Assembly: GCA_038042445.1 (NCBI GenBank)
Contig: JBBTED010000018.1
Span: 1-64,000 of the forward strand
Length of the DNA: 64,000 bases
Source: Candidatus Firestoneibacteriota bacterium
GTDB taxonomy: Bacteria > Oederibacteriota > D2-FULL-39-29 > JBBTED01
Direction of reading: 5' to 3'
Position 1 is the first letter of the stretch. Each line of letters begins with the position of its first letter. The notes beneath the pieces were generated by a model, which had not been told where the DNA came from, searched no databases, and saw only the letters and a list, made by a program, of their open reading frames with translations. Positions 47,491 to 59,124 of the stretch are shown in pieces. Made by a program: the position numbers and the translations under genes.

Positions 47491-49260
47491 ATGGCAGGAA
47501 TTATTATGAATGAATCAAATACTTTAAAGGGTATTTCTGCATCTGCCGGGATAGTTATAGGGAAAGCTTTTATATATAGTCCGGAAGATATTGTTATTTC
47601 TAAATATTCAATAGATATATCTGATGTAAAAAATGAAATTACCAGATTTCAAATTGCTTTAAAAAAAACCAGGCAGGAAATAATAGTATTAAAAGACAAG
47701 CTTGGTAAAGAAATAGGGAAAGTGCACGCTAATATTTTTACAGCGCATCTATTAATACTTGATGATCCTATGCTTACTGCTGATACAATAAACGAAGTAA
47801 AAAAATCAAAATTCAATATTGAACACGTATTTTCTCAATCTTTGGCAAAGCTTACTCAAATGATAGAGTCTGTAGACGACCCATATTTTAAAGAACGTGG
47901 AAATGACATAAAAGATGTAGGCAGACGTGTCCTAAAAAATCTTGTTGGTAAAAACAGAGAAACATTGGTTGATCTTAAAGAAGAAGTCATAGTTTTTGCA
48001 AAAGATCTTTCACCTTCGGATACTGCAACTATGCACAAAGAAAAAGTTATAGGTTTTGCAACTGATATTGGCGGCAAAACTTCACATACTGCAATAATGG
48101 CACGTGCATTGCAAATTCCGGCAGTTGTGGGTTTAGGTAATGTTACTGAGAAAGTAACAGAGGGTGATATTGTAATAGTTGATGGCAATAGGGGTATAAT
48201 TTTAATAAATCCAGATGAAGAAACTATTAAAAAATATTCTATTGAGCTGGAAAAATTTATTGCATTTGAACGTGAACTTGCAAATTTAAAAGATTTAAAA
48301 GCACAGACAAAAGATGATTATCTAATAAAGATTAATGCAAATATTGAAATTCCGGAAGAAATTCCACTTGTTCATAAACATGGAGCAGAGGGCATAGGAT
48401 TATATAGAACAGAATTTTTGTATTTAAACAAGCCAAATCTTCCGAGTGAGGAAGAACAGTTTAATGCGTATAGATTTGTAGTTGAGGAAATGGCACCAAA
48501 ACCAGTTATATTGCGAACTCTTGATGTTGGTGGCGATAAATTTTTATCACATTTAAATCTTGCCAAAGAGATGAATCCATTTTTAGGATTAAGAGCAATC
48601 AGACTTTGCTTGGCGCATCCTGATATATTTAGAGTGCAATTACGTGCAATATTGCGCGCAAGTGCTTATGGTAAATTAAAAATAATGTTTCCAATGATAT
48701 CAAGTGTAGAAGAATTAAAGAAAGCAAAAGAATTTTTGGAAGAGGCAAAGAAGGAATTAAAGACAGATGGTTTTGCTTTTGACGAGAATATTGAGGTAGG
48801 TGTAATGATAGAAGTTCCATCAGCAGTTTTGATTGCTGATATATTAGCAAAAGAAGTTAGTTTTTTCAGTATTGGAACTAATGATTTAATTCAATATACT
48901 TTGGCAATTGATAGGATAAATGAAAATATTGCACATTTATACAATCCTTTACATCCTGCAATTTTACGTTCTATAAAATTAATCATTGATGCAGCGCATA
49001 AAGCAAATATAGTAGTTGGAATGTGTGGAGAAATGGCAGGAGATTCTATATATACTTCAATATTACTTGGATTAGGGTTGGATAGCTTAAGTATGTCTCC
49101 TATTGCTATTCCAGAGGTGAAAAAGATAATTCGTTCTACGACGTTAAGAGAAGCAAAAGATTATGTTGGTAAAATATTTGCAATGTCAACAGCAGATGAA
49201 GTAAAAAAATTTGTTAATAGTAGCATTACAAAAAGGTATACAGTTGTTAAAGAATTTTGA
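47491..49260 (+). CDS. ptsI: PEP-protein phosphotransferase, PTS Enzyme I
   Basis: GG.TSHTAI.AR, GIGLYRTEFL, E.NPFLGLRAIR, FSIGTNDLIQY, GMCGEMAG; start 47491 or 47506. Confidence 0.95.
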   Translation: MAGIIMNESNTLKGISASAGIVIGKAFIYSPEDIVISKYSIDISDVKNEITRFQIALKKTRQEIIVLKDKLGKEIGKVHANIFTAHLLILDDPMLTADTINEVKKSKFNIEHVFSQSLAKLTQMIESVDDPYFKERGNDIKDVGRRVLKNLVGKNRETLVDLKEEVIVFAKDLSPSDTATMHKEKVIGFATDIGGKTSHTAIMARALQIPAVVGLGNVTEKVTEGDIVIVDGNRGIILINPDEETIKKYSIELEKFIAFERELANLKDLKAQTKDDYLIKINANIEIPEEIPLVHKHGAEGIGLYRTEFLYLNKPNLPSEEEQFNAYRFVVEEMAPKPVILRTLDVGGDKFLSHLNLAKEMNPFLGLRAIRLCLAHPDIFRVQLRAILRASAYGKLKIMFPMISSVEELKKAKEFLEEAKKELKTDGFAFDENIEVGVMIEVPSAVLIADILAKEVSFFSIGTNDLIQYTLAIDRINENIAHLYNPLHPAILRSIKLIIDAAHKANIVVGMCGEMAGDSIYTSILLGLGLDSLSMSPIAIPEVKKIIRSTTLREAKDYVGKIFAMSTADEVKKFVNSSITKRYTVVKEF

Positions 49261-49287
49261 TGATAGTGAATATAAAGGAGGGTAAAA

Positions 49288-50343
49288 ATGGTTTTGAATG
49301 TTGAAGAAATTAGGAAAATAGATAAAAAAAATATGTTGAAACTGCTTATGGATTTTCCAGAGCAATGTGAATATGCTTATAAGTTGGCATGTGATTTCAA
49401 GTTGCCCAAAAAATTAAGCAGGATATCTTCTGTTATTGTTACAGGGCTCGGTGGTTCAGCAATAGGTGGAGATTTGTTAAAAGCATATTTAAATTCTGAA
49501 ACTAAAATACCAATTGTAGTTAACAGAAATTATATATTACCGTCATGGGTTAATAAAAACACACTTATATTTGCAGTGAGTTATTCCGGAAATACTGAGG
49601 AGACTATTAGTGCCTATAAAGCTGCAAGAAAAATCGGAGCAAAAATTATATGTATTACAACAGGGGGAGAGTTGTCTGAATTATCCAAGAAAGATAATGT
49701 TCCAACGGTTTTTATTCCAACAGGGTATCCGCCAAGAACTGCTTTAGGATATTTATTCCTGCCTATATTAGTTTTGATGAACAAGTTAGGATTAATTGAT
49801 AATAAAAGAAAAGAAATTCAAGATATGATTTTTCTATTGCGAAAGCTAACAAAACAATATGCGCCAGATGTTTCAATAAATTCAAATTTTGCAAAGAAAA
49901 TAGCTACAAAATTACATAATAAACCAGTAGTAGTTTATGGAGTATCAGATTGGACAGAAGCTGTTGCTTTGCGTTGGAAAGGACAATTAACTGAAAATGG
50001 CAAGGTACTTGCTTTTGTTAGTTTATTGCCAGAAATGAATCATAATGAAGTAGTAGGGTGGGATATTTTAAAAGACAAATTGAAAAATTTTGCAGCTATA
50101 TTTTTAAGAGATGATTCAGATTTATCAAGAATAAAAAAGAGAATAGAGATAACAAAATCAATAATAACAAAAAGAGCAGGTTGTGTTCAAGAAGTGTATT
50201 CATCGGGAGGTAATTTGCTGTCTAGATTAATGTCTTTAATCTGTTTAGGTGACTTCGTAAGTATTTATGTTGCCATCTTAAATAAAGTTGATCCTACACC
50301 TGTTGCAGTTATTGATTATCTTAAAAAGCAATTAAAGAAGTGA
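49288..50343 (+). CDS. Bifunctional phosphoglucose/phosphomannose isomerase (SIS)
   Basis: GLGGSAIGGD, SYSGNTEET, ENGK, PEMNHNE. Confidence 0.92.
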   Translation: MVLNVEEIRKIDKKNMLKLLMDFPEQCEYAYKLACDFKLPKKLSRISSVIVTGLGGSAIGGDLLKAYLNSETKIPIVVNRNYILPSWVNKNTLIFAVSYSGNTEETISAYKAARKIGAKIICITTGGELSELSKKDNVPTVFIPTGYPPRTALGYLFLPILVLMNKLGLIDNKRKEIQDMIFLLRKLTKQYAPDVSINSNFAKKIATKLHNKPVVVYGVSDWTEAVALRWKGQLTENGKVLAFVSLLPEMNHNEVVGWDILKDKLKNFAAIFLRDDSDLSRIKKRIEITKSIITKRAGCVQEVYSSGGNLLSRLMSLICLGDFVSIYVAILNKVDPTPVAVIDYLKKQLKK

Positions 50344-51107
50344 ATTCTGTGCTGAAAAAAATTGACATTTTAGATGTCAAAGTGGATAATGTTGTTTTAA
50401 ATGATGTAATAGATGTAATAAAAAAGTCTATAAAAGAAAAAAAATTTTGTAATATAGTATCAATTAATGCATTAACAGGTATTCAGGCAAAAAGAGATAA
50501 AGAATTTAAGAAAATAATGAATACTGCAAATTTAGTTTTGGCTGATGGTATGGGAATAATATTAGCATCTAAGTTACTTGGTAAATCTTTGAAAGAAAGA
50601 ATTGCCGGTATAGATTTGATTCCACGTTTATGTAAATTTTCAGAAGAAAATGGGAGTTCTATTTTCTTTTTTGGATCTTTGCCTGGAATAGTAGAAGATG
50701 CAATTTTAAAACTTAAGCAAAAATTTCCTAAAATGAATGTTTCTGGTGTTCAAAATGGATATTTTGATAAAAATATGGAAGGTGAAATAATTAATAGAAT
50801 TAATTCTTCTGCTACAGATATTCTATTGGTTGGATTAGGTCAGCCAAGGCAGGAGAAGTGGATATATAATAATAGAGATAAAATAAATTCTGTATGTATT
50901 GGTGTTGGCGGGAGTTTTGATGTGATTTCTGGTAGGGTTTCGCGGGCTCCTAAAATTTTACAAGAGCTTGGTTTAGAATGGTTGTATCGTTTAATCTTGC
51001 AACCGTATAGATTTAAACGTATATTATGGTTGCCATATTTTATATGGCTGGTATTAGTTGAGTTTTTAAACGCAAAATGGAAATCGAAAAACGTAAAACT
51101 AATGTAA
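50340..51107 (+). CDS. WecB/TagA/CpsF family glycosyltransferase (GT26)
   Basis: ADG.GI, ERIAGIDL, VGLG.PRQEKW, GVGGSFD, RAP, LEWLYRL. Confidence 0.93.
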   Translation: MNSVLKKIDILDVKVDNVVLNDVIDVIKKSIKEKKFCNIVSINALTGIQAKRDKEFKKIMNTANLVLADGMGIILASKLLGKSLKERIAGIDLIPRLCKFSEENGSSIFFFGSLPGIVEDAILKLKQKFPKMNVSGVQNGYFDKNMEGEIINRINSSATDILLVGLGQPRQEKWIYNNRDKINSVCIGVGGSFDVISGRVSRAPKILQELGLEWLYRLILQPYRFKRILWLPYFIWLVLVEFLNAKWKSKNVKLM

Positions 51108-51141
51108 GTTTTTAGTTTAATATAATTAAGGAGGATTAAAA

Positions 51142-52293
51142 ATGAGGAAGGATAAAAATTTTATTTTTACTTCTGAATCTGTAACAGAAGGACATCCAGA
51201 TAAAGTTTGCGATCAAATTTCAGATGCAATACTGGATGCTATAATGAAAGATGATCCAATGGGGCGTGTGGCTTGCGAAACATTGGTGACTACTGGTTTG
51301 GCAATGGTGGCTGGTGAAATTACCACGAGTTGTTATGTTGATATGCCTAAAGTTGTACGTGATACAATAAAAGAGATTGGTTATTCAGATGCGAAAATGG
51401 GTTTTGATTGGGAGACTTGTGCTGTAGTTACCGCAATACAAGAGCAATCTCCTGATATTTCTATGGGTGTTGATAAAGAAGGAGCTGGAGATCAAGGAAT
51501 GATGTTTGGATATGCAGTAAATGATACTCCTGAACTTATGCCAATGCCAATAATGTTAGCACATAAATTAGTGAGGCGTCTTACTGAATTGCGTAAGAAG
51601 AATATATTAAAATATTTACGTCCAGATGGAAAATCTCAAGTTACAGTAGAATATGAAAAGGGAAGGCCTAAAAGAGTAGATGCTGTTGTAATTGCAGCGC
51701 AGCACAATCCAAATGTTAAATATTCTACCTTAAAAAAAGACATTTTCGAAAAAGTTATAAAGACTATAATTCCTGCAAAACTATTAGATAAAGGAACAAA
51801 AATTTTTGTTAATCCTACAGGTAAATTTGTAACTGGTGGTCCTCAAGGAGATACAGGGGTTACTGGAAGAAAAATAATTGTAGATACTTATGGTGGAATG
51901 GGAAGACATGGAGGTGGATGTTTTTCCGGGAAAGATTCTACTAAAGTTGATCGCTCTGCTTGTTATATGGCAAGGTATATAGCAAAAAATATTGTTGCTG
52001 CAGGTCTTGCTGATGAATGTGAATTGCAGGTTTCTTATGCAATAGGAGTAGCTGAACCAACTTCAGTTATGGTTAATACTTTTGGCACAGGAAAAGCTGC
52101 GGAAGAAAAATTGATAAATCTTGTCCGAAAACATTTTCCACTTACTCCACGTGGTATAATTGATCATTTAAAATTGCGTAGACCAATATTTAGAAACACA
52201 GCTGCGTATGGTCATTTTGGAAGAACTGAACAAGAATTTACATGGGAATGGACAGATAAAGCAAAAATACTTAAAGAAGAAATAGAGGGATAG
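51142..52293 (+). CDS. metK: S-adenosylmethionine synthetase
   Basis: [38 protein letters not shown]. Confidence 0.98.
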   Translation: MRKDKNFIFTSESVTEGHPDKVCDQISDAILDAIMKDDPMGRVACETLVTTGLAMVAGEITTSCYVDMPKVVRDTIKEIGYSDAKMGFDWETCAVVTAIQEQSPDISMGVDKEGAGDQGMMFGYAVNDTPELMPMPIMLAHKLVRRLTELRKKNILKYLRPDGKSQVTVEYEKGRPKRVDAVVIAAQHNPNVKYSTLKKDIFEKVIKTIIPAKLLDKGTKIFVNPTGKFVTGGPQGDTGVTGRKIIVDTYGGMGRHGGGCFSGKDSTKVDRSACYMARYIAKNIVAAGLADECELQVSYAIGVAEPTSVMVNTFGTGKAAEEKLINLVRKHFPLTPRGIIDHLKLRRPIFRNTAAYGHFGRTEQEFTWEWTDKAKILKEEIEG

Positions 52294-52298
52294 TGAAA

Positions 52299-52319
52299 TC
52301 CCCCTTTTGCAAAGGGGGA
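52299..52319. repeat. CCCCT..AGGGG hairpin, family C (partial)
   Basis: tcccccttttgcaaaggggga between metK and ahcY. Confidence 0.6.
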
Positions 52320-52341
52320 ATAAGAGAAAATAGGAGAATAA

Positions 52342-53601
<1,260 letters not shown>

Positions 53602-53636
53602 GCTAAGTGTAAAGTAATTCCTCAGTTATAGGTATT

Positions 53637-53695
53637 TGGTAGACGCCCGGCCTATGCGGGCGTGAAATACCGCAGGCTGAAGCCTGCGACTACCA
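53637..53695. repeat. REPIN-like pair of GTAG-flanked hairpins (may also act as terminator after ahcY)
   Basis: tggtag-acgcccg..cgggcgt-gaaatac-cgcaggc-tgaa-gcctgcg-actacca. Confidence 0.7.
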
Positions 53696-53729
53696 CTAGT
53701 AAGGACATACATTAGCTGCAATTTTAGGC

Positions 53730-53795
53730 TTTACATATTTAATTTTTTATATATAATATTAAATATATGGTATATAGCATACGTTATATACCATA
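53730..53795 (+). promoter_or_regulatory. Putative sigma-70 promoter plus two overlapping copies of the TATGGTATATACCATA operator
   Basis: TTTACA-16 nt-TATAAT(53752-53757); TATGGTATATAGCATA (53766-53781) and TACGTTATATACCATA (53780-53795). Confidence 0.6.
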
Positions 53796-53806
53796 GCTAA
53801 AAACTT

Positions 53807-54721
53807 ATGATTTCAAAAAAATTACGACAGAATTTAATTGGGTTTTCTTTTTTAGCACCCAACATGTTAGGTTTTTTTACATTTACCTTCCTTCCTGTTT
53901 TGGCTTCTCTTATGTTATGTTTTACTGATTGGGATATACTTACAGAGATAAGATATATAGGATTTTCTAATTTTATAAATTTACTTGGTTTTCATCGTGA
54001 TATAGTTGCTAATACATTAGTAGCAAATGATCCGTTGTTTTGGAAATATTTAGGGAATACTCTTTTCTTTGTTTTAGGTATACCTATAGGGATGACAGTT
54101 TCTCTTGCTTTAGCTTTGTTTATGAATCAAAAACTTAAAGGTATAATAGTATTTAGAACAATTTATTTTTTACCTGTTATATCATCACTGATTGCGTGTG
54201 CTTTGGTATGGAGGTGGATATACAATCCTGATTTTGGTTTGTTGAATAGTTTTTTAGCGAAATTTGGAATTAGAGGTCCTGATTGGCTTTCAAGTACTGT
54301 ATGGGCAAAACCTGCTTTGATGATGATGGGGATATGGAAAGGCGCAGGTTATAATATGCTTTTATATCTTGCAGGTCTTCAAGGGGTTCCTGAAGAATTT
54401 TATGAAGCTTCATATATAGATGGAGCCAGTGAAAGGCAGCAATTTTTTTACATTACTTTTCCCATGCTTGCACCTGTCCACTTTTTTATAATAATAATGG
54501 GAATGATAGGAACTCTACAAATTTTTGGTGAAGCTTTTGTGATGACAGGTGGTGGTCCAGCTGGGGCTACAACTACAATTGCATACTATATATATAATAA
54601 TGCATTTCAATGGTTTAAAATGGGTTACGCAACTACAATTGCATGGGTTTTGTTCTTTTTAGCTTTTAGTGTAACTATGTTTCAATGGAAATTTTTAGGT
54701 AAAAAGGTACACTATCAATGA
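53807..54721 (+). CDS. Carbohydrate ABC transporter permease (MalF/UgpA-like)
   Basis: F.AP, G..NF, FRTIYFLP, LAGLQ.VP...YEA..IDGA EAA motif. Confidence 0.93.
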   Translation: MISKKLRQNLIGFSFLAPNMLGFFTFTFLPVLASLMLCFTDWDILTEIRYIGFSNFINLLGFHRDIVANTLVANDPLFWKYLGNTLFFVLGIPIGMTVSLALALFMNQKLKGIIVFRTIYFLPVISSLIACALVWRWIYNPDFGLLNSFLAKFGIRGPDWLSSTVWAKPALMMMGIWKGAGYNMLLYLAGLQGVPEEFYEASYIDGASERQQFFYITFPMLAPVHFFIIIMGMIGTLQIFGEAFVMTGGGPAGATTTIAYYIYNNAFQWFKMGYATTIAWVLFFLAFSVTMFQWKFLGKKVHYQ

Positions 54722-55539
54722 AAAAAAGTTTACTAACTAAAATAATACTATATGCTATGTTATTAACAGGAAGTATAATTATGATTATGCCATTTTTATG
54801 GATGTTGTCTACTTCTTTAAAAGAATCCGGTGATGTATTTACTTTTCCTCCTAAATGGATACCAAATCCAATAAAATGGGAGAACTATATAAATGCCTGG
54901 AACGCAGTTCCATTCGGTATGTTTTTCATCAATAGTGTAATTATTGCTATTTCTGTTACATTTGGAAAAGTAGTGACTTCGTCATTAGCTGCATTTGCTT
55001 TTGCGCGGCTTAAATTTTTTGGAAGGGATAAATTGTTTCTGGCATATTTAGGGACTATGATGGTTCCAGGCCAGGTTACAATGATACCTGTTTTTATTTT
55101 ATTAAAAAAATTAAACTGGATTGATACATATCAGGCGCTTATTTTGCCTGGCCTTTTTACTGCTTATGGTACATTTATGTTAAGGCAATTCTTTATGACT
55201 ATACCTATAGATTTAGAAGAAGCGGCTATAATAGATGGATGCAGTACTTTTAGAGTATACTGGAACATAATAATACCTCTTTCTAAACCAGCATTGGCAA
55301 CTTTAGCTACTTTTGTATTTTTAGGTAGTTGGAATGATTTTATGTGGCCATTAATTGTTACCAATTCTATGGAAATGAAAACACTGCCAGTTGGTCTTGC
55401 TTCTTTTCAGGGTTTATATAGCACAGATTGGACGTTACTTATGGCAGCTGCGACTATAGTATTGATACCTGTTTTAATTGTATATATCTTTAATCAGAAA
55501 TTCTTTGTCCGCGGTATAGTTTTAAGTGGTATAAAATAA
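54718..55539 (+). CDS. Carbohydrate ABC transporter permease (MalG/UgpE-like)
   Basis: PF.WM..TSLK, RQFF.TIP.DLEEAA.IDG, WNDF.WP. Confidence 0.93.
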   Translation: MKKSLLTKIILYAMLLTGSIIMIMPFLWMLSTSLKESGDVFTFPPKWIPNPIKWENYINAWNAVPFGMFFINSVIIAISVTFGKVVTSSLAAFAFARLKFFGRDKLFLAYLGTMMVPGQVTMIPVFILLKKLNWIDTYQALILPGLFTAYGTFMLRQFFMTIPIDLEEAAIIDGCSTFRVYWNIIIPLSKPALATLATFVFLGSWNDFMWPLIVTNSMEMKTLPVGLASFQGLYSTDWTLLMAAATIVLIPVLIVYIFNQKFFVRGIVLSGIK

Positions 55540-55668
55540 ATCTATGGTTTTGATAAAATGAAGTTATATGTGATAAACTTCGGAAAGGAGACGATATATT
55601 GAAAATTTAGGAGTGTGGTAAAATAATGAATTCAAAAAAAGTAACGATTCAAAAAAAACAAGACTAAA

Positions 55669-57306
55669 ATGTTATCCAAAATTCCAACAAGAATCCTAAT
55701 AATTGATAATAATCAAGTCCAAAACGAATTATATTCTAAGTTAAAAAATAAAGGTTATGAAGCAATAGTTGTTTCTAATTCTGATGAAGGGATAAAAACA
55801 ATAAAAGAGAACAAATTTGGTGTAATTATTATTAATACAAAGATAGTAGACAAAAAAACTATTAGCGTAATGAGAAAGATAAAAGAAATGGACTCCAGAA
55901 TAGAAAGAGTTGTAATTTGTAAGAATACTAAAGATGCAAAAATGGAATATTTTGACCGAATTATTAATAAATCTATGAATGTTGAGGATGTGGTTGTTAT
56001 AATAGAAAAAACATTAGAAAAATACCAATTGAAAGAAATGGTTGCTATGTATGAAAGAACGATGGATGTTTTTTCAACTTTAGAGTTCAATGAGTTGCCG
56101 AAGGTTATTATTGATTCTACTGTAGAAGAATTGAGAGCTGATGATGCTTCTTTAATGCTTTTTGATGATAACAAAAAACAACTATATATTGTTGATTCAA
56201 ATGGTTTATCTAAAGAAATTATAAGTGCAACCAAAATGTCTGTTGGTGAAGGAATATCCGGGTATGTAGTAAAAAATAGGAGACCACTGCTTCTAATAGA
56301 TGGTTTAGAAAATGATCCAAGATTTAAACATATAAAACAAAAAGGTGTGCAAAGGAAAAATCCTATAACATCTTCTATTGTTGTGCCTTTGATAAAAAAT
56401 AATAAAGTATTAGGGATTTTAAATATTAATCGTAGAAATATTATTGAGCATTTTACTGAGCATGATTTACATAAGGCAAATACAGCTGCTTCTTTGATAA
56501 GCGTTGCAATTGAAAATGCAAAGATGCATTCTCATATTAAGAAAACCGGGGAACAGGAATTATTGAAAGTCCATGATGAACTTCAAGAAGCATCTGAAAA
56601 GATAAGACAGATGCAGGTGCAACTCATTAGAGAAGAAAAGTTTTCCTTGCTGCATAAATTGACTTCATCTCTTGTGCATCAATTACGTACTCCTTTAAGT
56701 ATAATTGATTTATCAGCTCAGTTTTTAAAAAAAGAAATTCAAGGTTCAGAAAAAATCATTTCAACTTTAAATACTATACAAAGAAATATACAACGTGCTA
56801 GTGATATTCTTCAGGATATGTTTGAGATGGTGCTTATTAAGGCTGAGACAATGAAATTTGAACGGTGTAGAATAGGAGAGATACTGGAAAAAGCAATAGA
56901 AATAATGCAACCAAAATTAAATGGAGCAGGAGTTAATGTTAGAATGAAATGTGCAAAAGAAGAATTGCAATACATAAATATAAATAAACATTATTTGGAG
57001 CATGTGGTTGTAAACTTAATTTCTAATTCAATAGATGCTATGTCTGAAGGTGGAGAAATAAATATTGACTTAAGTGTAGATCCAAAAAGCGAAAAAATTG
57101 TTATGACTTTTGTTGATACAGGTAAAGGTGTTAAAGAAGAACATTTAAAAGAATTATTCACTCCTTTTTTTACAACCAAAGAAAAAGGTATAGGACTTGG
57201 GCTTTTTACAGTATTACAAATTATTGAAGCTCATCGTGGCGATATTAAAGTGAAAAGTGAATTAAATGTAGGAACAACATTTATTATTTCCCTTCCAATT
57301 AAGTAA
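55669..57306 (+). CDS. Sensor histidine kinase: degenerate receiver, GAF, HisKA, HATPase
   Basis: ILIIDNN pseudo-REC; ASLML...GEGISG.V...PL..K.LG.LN GAF; HQLRTPL; NL.SNS.DAM, DTGKG, PFFTTK, G.GLGL. Confidence 0.9.
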   Translation: MLSKIPTRILIIDNNQVQNELYSKLKNKGYEAIVVSNSDEGIKTIKENKFGVIIINTKIVDKKTISVMRKIKEMDSRIERVVICKNTKDAKMEYFDRIINKSMNVEDVVVIIEKTLEKYQLKEMVAMYERTMDVFSTLEFNELPKVIIDSTVEELRADDASLMLFDDNKKQLYIVDSNGLSKEIISATKMSVGEGISGYVVKNRRPLLLIDGLENDPRFKHIKQKGVQRKNPITSSIVVPLIKNNKVLGILNINRRNIIEHFTEHDLHKANTAASLISVAIENAKMHSHIKKTGEQELLKVHDELQEASEKIRQMQVQLIREEKFSLLHKLTSSLVHQLRTPLSIIDLSAQFLKKEIQGSEKIISTLNTIQRNIQRASDILQDMFEMVLIKAETMKFERCRIGEILEKAIEIMQPKLNGAGVNVRMKCAKEELQYININKHYLEHVVVNLISNSIDAMSEGGEINIDLSVDPKSEKIVMTFVDTGKGVKEEHLKELFTPFFTTKEKGIGLGLFTVLQIIEAHRGDIKVKSELNVGTTFIISLPIK

Positions 57307-57313
57307 TACTTAT

Positions 57314-58924
57314 ATGCCTACCATTCTTATTGTTGATGACGAAAAAGATTTTTGTAATTCCCTTTCTGATTTACTTCAAAGTGAAGGATATGAAACTATA
57401 AGTGCATTTGGAGGCAGAGAAGCTATTTTCATATTAGAAAACAAATCTATAGATTTAGTATTTTTAGATATTAATCTTCCTGGAATGAAGGGAATTGAAG
57501 TTTTGGAGAAAATTAAAAATATAGAAGAAAGTCTACCTGTTATAATGCTTACAGGTTATGGAGAGATAAAATCAGCTGTTGACTCAATGAAAAAAGGAGC
57601 CTTCCATTACCTGACCAAACCATTTAACAATGACGAGTTGTTAATTGTGATTAAAAAAGCTATTGAAATTAAAAAATTAGGCAGAGAGGTTTATTTACTT
57701 AAAGAAAGATTACAGAAGCATGAAGAAAAAACAAAAATTATTTGTAAAAGCGAGAAAATGGAAAGGATGCTTGATGAAGTGAAACGCGTTGCACCAACGG
57801 ATATGACAGTAATAATTCAAGGTGCTTCTGGTACAGGAAAAGAGTTGATTGCAAGATTTATTCATGAACTAAGTAAAAGAAAAACAGGCCCATTTATAGC
57901 GATAGATTGTGGGGCATTGCCTGAAAATTTAGTTGAGAGTGAACTTTTTGGTTATGAGAAAGGTGCTTTTACAGGCGCTGACAAGGTGAAGCCTGGACAT
58001 TTTGAACTTGCAGATGGGGGCACTTTATTTCTTGATGAAATTAGTAACTTATCACAAACTGTTCAAATGAAGTTGTTGCGTGTTTTGCAGGAAAAAAAAG
58101 TTCAACATCTTGGAGATAAAAAAGAAATAGGGGTTGATATTCGTATAGTTGTTGCAAGCAATATAAATCTTGATGAACTAATGCCCAAAGGTCTATTTCG
58201 TGAAGATTTATATCACAGGTTAAATGAATTTACTATTAATTTGCCGTCACTCAAGGAAAGAAAAGAAGATATACTAATATTAGTTGAACATTTTTTGAAA
58301 CAAGCCAATTGTGAACTTAGCAAGAAAATCAAAGGTGTTGCTCACAATGCAATGGAAATTCTCAGTGAGTACAGTTGGCCTGGTAATGTGCGGGAGTTAA
58401 AAAATACTATTAAAAGAGCAGTATTATTAACAGAGGGAGATATAATTCTTCCGGAGCATATTAAATTGACAGATAATGCTTTGTCACATAAAATCTCCCT
58501 TAATCCCCCTTTGCTAAAGGGGGAAATTTCCTTAAAACAGATGCTTAATGCAATTGAGAGGGAATTGCTGATAAAAGCTTTAATGCAAACGAATTATCAT
58601 AAAAGTAAGGCATCAAAACTTCTTGGAATAGATAGAAGTGTATTGTCTGATAAAATTAAAAAATATAAAGTATCTTCATCGAGTTTTTTAAAAAATTTCA
58701 GATATACAAACAATTTAAAAATAGGTAGTAAACATAGTCTTAAAAAAATAATTGATGATATAGAAAAACAAAAGATTACTGATGTTTTAAAAGAAGTAAA
58801 TTATAAAATAGCCCAAGCATCAAAAATTCTTAAAATCACAAGAACAGATATTTATTACAAAATCAAAAAACATAATATAACATTACCTATTGCAAATAAG
58901 TCTGTTGTCAGGCATCCTGCCTGA
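57314..58924 (+). CDS. Sigma-54-dependent response regulator (NtrC family) with two tandem Fis-type HTH domains
   Basis: ILIVDDE, LDI.LP, GASGTGKE, ESELFG.EKGAFTGA, LFLDEI, WPGNVREL; two HTH segments. Confidence 0.95.
   Translation: MPTILIVDDEKDFCNSLSDLLQSEGYETISAFGGREAIFILENKSIDLVFLDINLPGMKGIEVLEKIKNIEESLPVIMLTGYGEIKSAVDSMKKGAFHYLTKPFNNDELLIVIKKAIEIKKLGREVYLLKERLQKHEEKTKIICKSEKMERMLDEVKRVAPTDMTVIIQGASGTGKELIARFIHELSKRKTGPFIAIDCGALPENLVESELFGYEKGAFTGADKVKPGHFELADGGTLFLDEISNLSQTVQMKLLRVLQEKKVQHLGDKKEIGVDIRIVVASNINLDELMPKGLFREDLYHRLNEFTINLPSLKERKEDILILVEHFLKQANCELSKKIKGVAHNAMEILSEYSWPGNVRELKNTIKRAVLLTEGDIILPEHIKLTDNALSHKISLNPPLLKGEISLKQMLNAIERELLIKALMQTNYHKSKASKLLGIDRSVLSDKIKKYKVSSSSFLKNFRYTNNLKIGSKHSLKKIIDDIEKQKITDVLKEVNYKIAQASKILKITRTDIYYKIKKHNITLPIANKSVVRHPA
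58491..58525. repeat. Family C element in frame in the AAA+-to-HTH linker
   Basis: aaatctcccttaatccccctttgctaaagggggaa encodes KISLNPPLLKGE. Confidence 0.7.
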
Positions 58925-58926
58925 CA
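58906..58926. repeat. REP-like hairpin overlapping the regulator stop codon
   Basis: tgtcaggca-tcc-tgcctgaca; similar to gacagacatcttgtctgtc at 628-646. Confidence 0.6.
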
Positions 58927-58980
58927 AATTATATGATTATGAATATTTCATGTCCATATTGTGTCAAATATAACCACATA

Positions 58981-59020
58981 GCTGTAAAATTTTACAGCAT
59001 TTAGCTGTATTATTTTACAT
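58981..59020. promoter_or_regulatory. Putative tandem upstream activator sites for the sigma-54 activator
   Basis: Perfect palindrome GCTGTAAAATTTTACAGC (58981-58998) and imperfect copy GCTGTATTATTTTACAT (59004-59020). Confidence 0.6.
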
Positions 59021-59095
59021 ATTTGGGTTAAATATTTTCATCTCTTAAAACCCCTTTGTTTTATTAGAGTTTAATTCGCATTTTCTATGTAATAT

Positions 59096-59111
59096 TGGCA
59101 CGAAAATTGCA
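59096..59111 (+). promoter_or_regulatory. Sigma-54 (-24/-12) promoter
   Basis: TGGCACG-AAAA-TTGCA exact consensus, immediately downstream of a GAFTGA-containing activator gene. Confidence 0.85.
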
Positions 59112-59124
59112 TTATATAATAATC

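Noticed and set aside
59095..59124. Track start (TTG 59095) for the barrel-LysM gene
   Set aside because: It overlaps the sigma-54 -24/-12 box; ATG 59125 gives a plausible signal peptide.
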